Shown here piece by piece: positions 10,283-19,284 of a DNA stretch of 26,243 nt. The notes beneath the pieces were generated by a model. It was not told the DNA's origin and made no database searches. It saw only the letters and a list, made by a program, of their open reading frames with translations. This stretch comes from Octopus sinensis (taxonomy: Eukaryota), in NCBI RefSeq assembly GCF_006345805.1, contig NW_021836064.1, positions 1-26,243 on the forward strand. Reading direction: 5' to 3'. How positions within the stretch are numbered: position 1 is the first letter of the stretch; each line of letters starts with the position of its first letter. A program made the position numbers and the translations under genes.

Positions 10283-11395
10283 ATATTTCTTTACTACCCA
10301 CAAGGAGCTACACAGAGAGGGGACAAAAAAGGACAGAGAAACGGATTAAGTCGATTATATCGACCCCAGCGCGTAACTGGTACTTAATTTATCGACCCCG
10401 AAAGGATGAAAGGCAAAGTCGACCTCAGCAGAACTTGAACTCAGAACGTAACGGCAGACGAAATACCTATTTCTTTACTACCCACAAGGGGCTAAACACA
10501 AAGAGGGGACGGACAAGGACAGAGAAACGGATTAAGCGGATTATATCGACCCCAGTGCGTTACTGTTACTTATTTAATCGACCCCGAAAGGATGAAAGGC
10601 AAAGTCGACCTCGGCCGAATTTGAACTCAGAACGTAGCAGCAGACGAAATACCTATTTCTTTACTACCCACAAGGGGCTAAACACAAAGAGGGGACGAAC
10701 AAGGACAGACAAACGGATTAAGTCGACCAAATCGACCCCAGCGCGTAACTGGTACTTAATTATCGACCCCGAAAGGATGAAAGGCAAAGTCGACCTCAGC
10801 AGAACTTGAACTCAGAACGTAACGGCAGACGAAATACCTATTTCTTTACTACCCACAAGGGGCTAAACACAAAGAGGGGACGGACAAGGACAGAGAAACG
10901 GATTAAGCGGATTATATCGACCCCAGTGCGTTACTGTTACTTATTTAATCGACCCCGAAAGGATGAAAGGCAAAGTCGACCTCGGCCGAATTTGAACTCA
11001 GAACGTAGCAGCAGACGAAATACCTATTTCTTTACTACCCACAAGGGGCTAAACACAAAGAGGGGACGAACAAGGACAGACAAACGGATTAAGTCGACCA
11101 AATCGACCCCAGCGCGTAACTGGTACTTAATTTATGGACCTCGAGAGAATGAAAGGAAAAGTCGACCTCGGCGGAATTTGAATTCAGAACGTAACGGCAG
11201 ACGAAATACCTATTTCTTTACTACCCACACAGAGAAGACAAACAAGGACAGACAAACGGATTAAGTCGATTGCGTCGACCCCAGTGCGTAATTGGTACTT
11301 AGTTTATCGACTCAGAAAGGCAAAGTCGACCTCGGCAGACAAAATACCGCTAAGCATTTCGCCCGGCGTGCTAACAATTCTGCCAGCTCGCCGCC
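10283..11395 (-). mobile_element. Six-unit head-to-tail SINE-B concatemer
   Basis: Units start at 10284, 10468, 10654, 10839, 11025 and 11211 (184-186 bp). Only the unit at 11211-11395 has the tRNA head. 10-bp TSD ttcaagtttc at 10273-10282 and 11396-11405. Confidence 0.93.
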
Positions 11396-11455
11396 TTCAA
11401 GTTTCTGAACCTTTAAAACAATAAGGTGAGTAACACAGTCAAGTGTTTGAATCTT
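11396..11455. repeat. Continuation of the 45-bp minisatellite beyond the SINE insertion
   Basis: ttcaagtttctgaacctttaaaacaataaggtgagtaacacagtcaagtgtttgaa resumes the repeat register. Confidence 0.85.
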
Positions 11456-11508
11456 CTCGTGAATATTTCGAAATGTTTAAGGCATTATCATTAGTTACTT
11501 TCCATGGT

Positions 11509-11801
11509 GCTCGGATAATAGGAGAGTCAGTAACTTCTGGGTCTCGGGTTGGGTCAAAATTTTCAATTCATCTGAAAGGTATTATATAAAGAAGTAAAAT
11601 GCCCACTAAAATTACTTCTTAATGTACATGAACATGGGCTATTTTAGAAATATTTGCTCGGATAATAGGAGAGTTAGTAACTTCTGGGTCTTGGTTAGGT
11701 CAAAATTTTCAATTCATCTGAAAGGTATCATATAAAGAAGTAAAATGCCCACTAAAATTACTTCTTAATGTACATGAACGTGGGCTATTTTAGAAATATT
11801 T
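11509..11801. repeat. 147/146-bp tandem duplication
   Basis: Copies at 11509-11655 and 11656-11801 with few differences; ctcg microhomology at the ends. Confidence 0.92.
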
Positions 11802-11959
11802 ACTCGCCAAAACTTCCGTCTCAAAATGAGGAATGAAAGGCACCAGAGGAAAAGGTAACACTGGATATTTGCAACTTATATCATGGTTTCCATGTAACTG
11901 CGAAAACACAAGAATATTTTTCTGTACAAACACACACACGAATGCACGTGTGTGTATGT

Positions 11960-12125
11960 ACACGCGACGGTCTTCCACGTTGCTTCTGTCTACTAGATTC
12001 GCTCACTGGCCATTGGTCGTTCAGAGGCTCTAGTAGAAGTTTCTTAGCAAAGGTGCCACTAGTGGGACTGAACCTGGACCCACGTGGTTGAAAAGGAAGG
12101 TTCTTACTCACATAGCTATGCCTGC
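11960..12125 (-). mobile_element. SINE-A 5' half (degenerate)
   Basis: aaggtgccactagtgggactgaacc...ccacgtggttg...cttactcacatagc is the reverse complement of the SINE-A head. Confidence 0.7.
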
Positions 12126-12183
12126 TGCCATCGAAATTTGACGGAAAGGGTTGGGTTATACATGATTTATTTAGTTAATGATC

Positions 12184-12312
12184 TCTTTTACTCTTTTACT
12201 CTTTTAGTTATTTGACTGTGGCCATGCTGGAGCACCTCATATAGGCGAACAAATCGACCCCAGGACTTATTCTTTGTAATCCTAGTACTTATTCTATCGG
12301 TCTCTTTTGCCC
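12184..12312 (-). mobile_element. SINE-A 3' fragment
   Basis: Reverse-complement match to the SINE-A 3' end. Confidence 0.88.
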
Positions 12313-12343
12313 TTTATGGATATATATACATACATACATACAT

Positions 12344-12379
<36 letters not shown>

Positions 12380-12386
<7 letters not shown>

Positions 12387-12601
12387 GTTTACGTCCCCGT
12401 AACTTAGGAGTTCGGCAAAAGAAACCAATAGAATAAGTACTAGGCTTACAAAGAATAAGTCGTGGGGTCGATTTGTTCGCCTATAGGAGGTGCTCCAGCA
12501 TGGCCGCAGTCAAATGACTAAAACAAGTAAAAGAATACCTACATACACACACATATATCTATATGTGTTTGTGTGTGAATATATGTGTGTGTGCGTGTAT
12601 G

Positions 12602-12649
<48 letters not shown>

Positions 12650-12866
12650 TGTTGTGTTTACGTCCCCGTAACTTAGGAGTTCGGCAAAAGAAACCAATAG
12701 AATAAGTACTAGGCTTACAAAGAATAAGTCGTGGGGTCGATTTGTTCGCCTATAGGAGGTGCTCCAGCATGGCCGCAGTCAAATGACTAAAACAAGTAAA
12801 AGAATACCTACATACACACACATATATCTATATGTGTTTGTGTGTGAATATATGTGTGTGTGCGTG

Positions 12867-12910
<44 letters not shown>
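12380..12910 (+). repeat. 269-bp tandem duplication containing a SINE-A 3' half plus microsatellite
   Basis: ttgttgtg at 12380 and 12649; identical ORF starts at 12490 and 12759; copies appear identical outside the (TA)n tract. Confidence 0.92.
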
Positions 12911-12911
<1 letters not shown>

Positions 12912-13424
12912 CTATATATTGAATTGTACACACATACACGCACATACCTATACCTAAATACGAGGTTTACATACACGCACATATTTATACTCGTGTCTGA
13001 TGCGGTCATGTTTGTACATATGTAGCTGTCTGTATATATGTTGTTTGATTGTATCTATTAGCCCTGATTATGGCATGTTTGTGATTTGCTTATGATTCCG
13101 ACGCAGATGGCATTCGAAACCACGAGTCATAAAAAAAGCCAGATCAAATCATAGGCATCCAAGTGCGGCGCCGCTATTCCTAAATAGATCGGAAATCCTT
13201 AACTTTGCGATTGGCTGAGGTCAATGGCACAGTTTTAGGTCTTGAGAAGACAGCAAGCGCAATAAAATTAACGTTGAAGGTTATCGTTAAAAACCGCTGG
13301 TGTGACTTCCTAACTGGAGAAGAAAAACATTGGGGTTTTAAACTCGAATGCCAAACATATGCATTCACACGGATAGAGAAAGACACGTACACACAACACA
13401 ACTACACATACAAAAACATATGCA

Positions 13425-13426
13425 TA

Positions 13427-13481
<55 letters not shown>

Positions 13482-13525
13482 CATATATATATGTGTGTGT
13501 GTGTGTGCGTATGTATGTATGTATA
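13425..13525. repeat. (TA)n/(TG)n microsatellite
   Basis: Directly visible. Confidence 0.9.
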
Positions 13526-13719
13526 TTTCGTTCGTTTTCGCGTATGTATGTACAGAAAAAATAAATAGAGGTTTATATTCGAGTGCGTGCATCTATGTCA
13601 TATATCGTGTGGGTATGTATGAAGATGGAGGAACCACCCCCTCACACACACACGTACACATACATATACATACACATAAATGTTATGTATATATATCTAT
13701 ATATTTTGTACAGATATAT

Positions 13720-13759
13720 ATTATCTATCTATCTATCTGTCTGTCTATCTATCTATGAG

Positions 13760-13811
<52 letters not shown>

Positions 13812-13812
13812 A
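13720..13812. repeat. (TATC)n/(CA)n microsatellite
   Basis: Directly visible. Confidence 0.9.
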
Positions 13813-14011
13813 ACACACAAACGCATATATCTATATGTCCATACTAGGCGTTGTGTATAGCGAATAGTTAAAATGCTCTCTTAGCAATCGCATAGTTTCA
13901 ATATCCGATCCCACGGCATCTCGCATAGATGTCATTTTATTTTATTTTCTGTAGGCACCACGTTGACCAAAATCCTATGAATGAGAATGGTCAGACAAAA
14001 ACAGTAAAGAA

Positions 14012-14600
14012 GCCTGCCATGGGGGAAAACCATTGGGCCGGCGGATTTCCAAGATATAGCCCCTCCAGATCATCACAGATTTTCTTCCATGTTTAACAGT
14101 TGGAAGAAGGCAGTCTGGGTCAAATGCTTCTTTTGGCTGTCTCCACACGTTTTCTTGGACAGTGGTCAGAAATAAGGTAAAGGATGACTCATCTGAGAAA
14201 TAAGATTTTGTAGGTTTTTTTTACACCACTCTTAACGCTTTGCAACGTTTGTTTTTGAAAGTAGAGTTTTTCTGATTGCAACCCTCTCATGAGATCCGGC
14301 TTTGTGCAGCTCCCGGCGAACAGTTTTTGTGGAAACTGGGTTCTCGATGTAATCGTTAAGCTCTGCAGTAATTCTAGGAGCTGTACTTTTGTGATCCTTT
14401 CTAACAATTCGCGCAAGAGTCCGATGATCTCTATCTGATAGTTTGGGTTTTCTTCTGGAGTTTTTCCCTCTTTCTCAAAGTCTATTTTGAGACAGTACGT
14501 CTTGATACACCAAACATTTCGGCTGTTTTCGTTACACGAATGCCAGCCATACGAGCACCAACAATTTGACCTCTTTGAAAATCCGCTAGATGCCATTTTA
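14012..14600 (-). pseudogene. Decayed Tc1-like transposase (5' part, truncated within the DDE domain)
   Basis: Frameshifted minus-strand translation: [14 protein letters not shown], (G)RKPKLSDRDHRTLARIVRK, TVRRELHKAG, FSDESSFTLF (about 14200-14171), WRQPKEAFDPDCLLPTVKHG, AISWKSAGP. Confidence 0.92.
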
Positions 14601-15128
14601 ATGAATTTTAATTACTTTTTTCTGATGTTATCTGAAAAGAAACTGCAGTTTTAGCAAAACATATGAAGCAACACTAATAGTAAGTCAAAACACACGCATA
14701 AAAACCACACACACATACACTCATGTATATAATCTATTGATAAAATCCATCCAATCCATCAACTTGTAAATCTTCCTAGCCATGATGAAATTCTGCCCAA
14801 TATCATTCAAAATACTATTTTATTCCAATCTTTCAATTTTCAATTATATATTGACATGAATTGAAACGTTCGTAGGCTTAATTTGGCAGTATGTTGATAA
14901 ATTAAATTCATATCCTCTCTAACTTTCCATTCTTCTTCTTTAATCATATTTATACTTATAATAATCCCGTGTATATCAAAGAGATATTCCTCAACGGTGC
15001 TAGTGATTAAACCAGTGAAATTTCGGAGATAATAATCCCTTATGAGGATAAGATATTCTTGCATGGACTAATGTGTGTGTGAGCATGTATATACATACAT
15101 ACTTATATATATATATATATATATATAT

Positions 15129-15878
15129 CGACATGAGTGGTGATACCTCTTTCCAAGTGCACATTACCAGGATGGCGACAAAGTGCAGACGACTGGCTGG
15201 ATGGATCCTAAGAACATTCAGAACCAGAGATAAGGAAACCATGATGGTCCTCTGGCGGACATTCGTCCTCAGTCTCCTGGATTACTGTTCACAGCTATGG
15301 TCACCCACCAGTGTAAAATTAACAGCAGACCTTGAAGCAATCCAGAGAAGATTCACAAAGAAGATCGTCTCTTTGCAACAGCTCAGCTACTGGGAAAGGT
15401 TGAAACAGCTAAGACTCTACTCCGTGGAGAGAAGACGGGAGAGGTATGCAGTAATATATGTCTGGAAGATCCTGGAAAAAATTGTGCCAAATTTTGGCAT
15501 TGTAAGCTACACCAATGCTAGAACAGTACGACACTGCATAGTGCCAAAGATCCCAGCAATGCCATCACGCTTCAGGACCAGCTTCTGCAACAGCCTGGGT
15601 TTCAAGGGCCCACAGCTTTTTAATATTCTCCCAAAGAGTCTGAGGAACTTGCACAAAGTAGATGTAGCGGTTTTTAAATCAAAACTGGACATCTTCCTGT
15701 CAAGAGTCCCAGATGAACCTACCTCACGGCAAGAGGTGCAAATGAGAGTAGCTGTATCAAACTCCATTCTTCACCAAGTGCCACATATTAGACGAGGTTC
15801 GTCGCAATAACAGTGTAGCACAAAACGGCGGTGCATCAGCATGGCCGCAGCTCTGAGCTGAAACTAGAAAAAAAAAAA

Positions 15879-15879
<1 letters not shown>
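15129..15879 (+). mobile_element. 5'-truncated CR1-type LINE (ORF2 C-terminus, 3' UTR, poly-A)
   Basis: Open frame 15133-15810: GWILRTF, LDYCSQLWSP, LEAIQRRFTK, SYWERLKQLRLYSVERRRER, FKSKLD. These are typical of the region after the RT domain in CR1-clade elements. Poly-A at 15868-15879; both flanks are (TA)n. Confidence 0.9.
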
Positions 15880-15932
<53 letters not shown>

Positions 15933-16050
15933 TGTATATGTAGCAGAGGTGTAATTAAATTGAAAATCTAGATTTGTTTATATATATATATACACATACA
16001 TAGATACACACACACACACACGCATGCACACAGACACATATGTATATTAA
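15880..16050. repeat. (TA)n/(CA)n microsatellite
   Basis: Directly visible. Confidence 0.9.
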
Positions 16051-16236
16051 TACATATGAGAAAGAAAAGAAGAAAGAAAGAAAGCGGGTCCCCATTTAAT
16101 TTCAACAGAGACGACTGGGGATAGTGTTTAAAGACAGAAGACGTATTGCTTGATAAACATTCTACGTGAAACAAGACGGAGGATTTCGTTAATTGGAAAC
16201 AACGGTGTGCAGAGTTGATTAGCAAAAACCGTGAGC

Positions 16237-16280
16237 TAGTAGCAGTAGTAGTAGTAGCAGTAGTAGTAGTAGTAGTAGTT
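16237..16280. repeat. (AGT)n trinucleotide repeat
   Basis: Directly visible. Confidence 0.9.
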
Positions 16281-16589
16281 TATTTGAGAGACAGAAACAA
16301 AAAAAAAAAGACAAAACTTTGGCTGTTGGTGAATGAATGTGCCATAAAGCGTAGGTTATTTACATGGTTTTAATTGAAAGTCATAAAATTTACAGTTCTC
16401 TGCTATAAATTTCAAGATGGCTTTGTAAACATTCCCGTGGTTTTGCTTTTTGTTTTTTGGGGGGTTTTGTTGTTTTTGTTTGCATTTTTTTTATTGTTTT
16501 GGTTTTTGTATTTTCTTGGCGGGAACGAAACGTTTGTTACGCTCTTATTTGCCCCCCCCCCACAAGTTTACTAAGATATATGTCTGTTT

Positions 16590-16925
16590 ATGTTGCTGAT
16601 GTGATTGTTGTTGCTTTTGTCGTTGCCGTTATCACTCTTGTTGTTGTTGTTGTTGTTGTCGTTGTTGTTGTTGCTTTTGTTGTGACTGTTATTTCTTGCT
16701 GTTATGTCAGCTGTTGTTCTTGTTTTTTTGCTGTAGGAGTTGTTTTTTTTTGCGCTATTCTAGCCTCTGCTCATGCTGTTGCTTCTTATTATAGACAGTT
16801 GTTGTTGTTGTTGTTGTTGCTGCTGCTGCTGCTGATGCTGTTGTTGCTGTTGCAGATCTTCCAGGTGTTGTTATTGTTGTCATCGTTGTTCTTGTTTTCG
16901 TTGTCATCGTCCTTGTTGATTTTTA
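16590..16925. repeat. (GTT/GCT)n low-complexity tract
   Basis: Directly visible; it resumes at about 17335-17475 after the Helitron. Confidence 0.85.
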
Positions 16926-16932
16926 TTTATAA

Positions 16933-17328
16933 CTAGCAGTATCGCCCGGCGTTGCTCGGGTTTGTAAGGGAAATAACTATATAAGCATTTTTAGAGAGTT
17001 ATAGCCAAAAAATAGCAAAAAAATGCATTAAAAATTGAAAAAAAAATGATGGTAAATTTTTTTTAAATCGTTGACTCATCGCAGACATTTTTAGAGAGTT
17101 ACTTCCCTTATATAATAGCGAAAAAATGCATTAAAATGAAAAAAAGTGATGGTAAATTTTTTACAATCGTAGACTCATTGTAGACGCGCGCTAATACCCA
17201 GAAGGGCTTGATATGAATCACGACTATAAGATACCCGGTTTTGGTTAAACTGCACCGCAAAATGTGGGAGTAGTTAGGAATCTAAATCGTAGGAGACAGA
17301 CACACAACTTCACTTTTATATATAAAGA
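16933..17328 (-). mobile_element. Non-autonomous Helitron
   Basis: Minus strand starts TC (tctttatatataaaag) and ends CTAG, with a cccg-agcaacgc-cggg hairpin just upstream; inserted between A and T with no TSD. Internal 100-bp direct repeat at 16986-17085 and 17086-17185. Confidence 0.85.
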
Positions 17329-17459
17329 TTTTTCTTAATGTTGTTGTAGTTGTTTCTGTTACTGTTTCTATCTTTGTTATGGTTGCTTTTTTTATTGTTA
17401 TTGTTGTTGCTGTGCTATTTCTGCTACTGCTGTCGTTGTCGTTATTGTTGTTTCTGCTG

Positions 17460-17839
17460 TTGCTGTTGCTGTTGAGCGAACGGTCATCGTCCCAAAGCTC
17501 GCAAGATGGGAGAAGTCCGAAACGTGGTCCTTTGCTATTCGTAAGACCTGCAGAAGAGAAAGCAGGTCAATCCCCGGCACCGAGAGCATCGACGGATGGC
17601 TGAATGCGCATCCAGGCTCAGCGGTTGCGTAGGAAGTCGGGGACAAGAAACAGGAAGAAAGAGTGAGAGAAAGTTGGGACGAAAGAGTAAAACAGGGGTC
17701 GCCACCACCCCCTGCCGGAGCATCGTGGAGCTTTAGGTGTTTTCGCTCAATAAACACACACAACGCCCGGTCTGGGAATCGAAACCGCGATCCTCCGACC
17801 GCGAGTCCGCTGCCCTAACCACTAGGCCATTGCGCCTCC
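17460..17839 (-). mobile_element. tRNA-derived SINE, family E (C-type head, different 3' domain, (CAACAG)n tail)
   Basis: A box TGGCCTAGTGG, B box GTTTCGATTCC; 14-bp TSD tgttgtttctgctg (17446-17459, 17840-17853). Confidence 0.88.
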
Positions 17840-18004
17840 TGTTGTTTCTGCTGCAAGCAATAGAGAAAATAGTCAATCCTAGATTTTTGTTGTTTCGCCC
17901 AATAAGGCCTTGTTCAAACAGAGCTATGTCCGAAGTCATTCCAACCATGACCATTTTGTCATTTTCCAGACAGTGTATTTTGAACTATATAATCCAATGT
18001 ATCA

Positions 18005-18320
18005 GTTTTTGTTTGTTTTTGTTTGTTCCTTCTCGAGTCATGCCTGGCTCATAAGGGCCGCTTTCCCGGTTTCCTTGGCGTATAGGTTCCCCACCTGGAC
18101 GGGACGCCGGTCCGTCGCAGGTGAGCTGCAAGGTGCAGGAGGAAAGAGTAAGAGAAAGTTGTGGCGAAAGACTCAGCGGAAGTTTGCCATTACCCTCTGC
18201 CGGAGCCGCGTGGAGCTTAGGTGTTTTGGCTCATAAACACACATCGCCCGGTCTGAGATTCGAACCCGCAATCTCTCGACCGCGAGTCCGCTGCTCTAAC
18301 CACTAGGCCATGGGCCTCCA
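18005..18320 (-). mobile_element. SINE family C, full length
   Basis: Reverse complement of the 3974-4283 type; 10-bp TSD caatgtatca (17995-18004, 18321-18330). Confidence 0.92.
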
Positions 18321-18469
18321 CAATGTATCATTTATAAAAATCATAGAGTACATAGATGGAACCATGGTTATCATTTATAGTAAGTCGTTCGACGCCTGCA
18401 AATTCCGTTTGGGATTAGTTGGAGAAAGATTTTTATAACTTAATTTTTAAATAAAAATTATTTCAGCCA

Positions 18470-18540
18470 AGATGCACTGGTATCGACCCCGAGACCTCGA
18501 GGTTGCGAAGCAAACTTCTTAACCATTCGGTCATAGTCGT
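18470..18540 (-). mobile_element. tRNA-like SINE head remnant
   Basis: Minus strand tgaccgaatggttaagaagtttgcttcgcaacc...ggtcgatacc (A-box-like and B-box-like). Confidence 0.5.
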
Positions 18541-18579
18541 GGTGAAACACACTTTGTAATGTAAATTGGTTTCAGTGAA

Positions 18580-19270
18580 AACTATATAGAAGCCGGTCGA
18601 GTGCACTCTTATCACATACTGTGTTTTCTGAGAAATATAATAAAAGTATGGAATACTCAGCCACCCATATGTTCATATAAGAGCAAATAATTAAGTTCAA
18701 GGAACAACTGAATCTTCGTGTTTGAACAACGGAGATCCACCTCCAATACTGAATGCTTTCAAACATAACCAAAGAAATGAACACCAGTGTGTTTTGTGAA
18801 TCAAATCCCGACCAACAAGAAAAACATATATATATATATGTGTGTGTGTGTGTATACATATAGTTGGAATTTACAAAAAACAAAACAAAAGACGAAGATG
18901 GATGTGTAAACGACAAACAGATGTATTACGCTCGGGAAGTGAGAAAATCTTTTATGTTTCGAGCCTACGCTCTTCAACAGAGAGGAACACAGAAATAAGC
19001 AAAGAGAGAAAATAAAAAAAGGTTTGGTGGCTAACGATGAATCATGGCGAATGCAGGACGGAGGTGGTCAGACAGGAGAGCTAGGAAGAAGGGGAGATAA
19101 AAGTAGTGGTGATCCCAAAATGAAGGTGCGCGTGCGTGTGTATATGAGAGCGTGTATGTGCATGTGGATAGGGGATGGTGACCTTGACGTGTGTGTGAGC
19201 GCATGTGTAGGTGTGTAGATGATGATATGGGTGCTGGGAAGTGGTCAGTGCTAGTGTGTGCGGGGTGGTG
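18580..19270 (-). mobile_element. Probable Penelope-like terminal-region remnants interrupted by microsatellite
   Basis: Carries the hammerhead-like motif at 18948-18985 next to a GT/GA-rich tract. Assignment is inferred from the known association of PLEs with hammerheads. Confidence 0.4.
18948..18985 (-). ncRNA. Degenerate minimal type-I hammerhead-like motif
   Basis: Minus strand CUGUUGAA-GAGC(GUAG)GCUC-GAAAC-AUA-AAAGA: perfect 4-bp stem II and GAAA; core A6 to U; triplet AUA instead of GUA. Confidence 0.45.
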
Positions 19271-19284
19271 TGATGTGGTGTGGT

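Noticed and set aside
10435-11264. Repeated ORFs MNSERNGRRNTYFFTTHKG...
   Set aside because: Antisense translation of SINE-B units; the same peptide appears wherever the SINE occurs (861-1388, 25051-25236).
10283-11395. CRISPR-like array or ribozyme-containing retrozyme
   Set aside because: Units are wholly homologous with no unique spacers, there are no cas genes, and I found no CUGANGA/GAAA hammerhead core on either strand of the unit.
14189-14596. 135-aa ORF as an intact gene
   Set aside because: It is mostly an off-frame reading of the frameshifted Tc1 transposase.
14840-15064. 74-aa ORF MQEYLILIRDYYLRNF...
   Set aside because: No recognisable motif or convincing splice context; length is compatible with chance in AT-rich DNA.
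16457-16936. Hydrophobic poly-V/poly-L ORF suggesting a membrane protein (also 17379-17603)
   Set aside because: Translation of (GTT/GCT)n low-complexity sequence.
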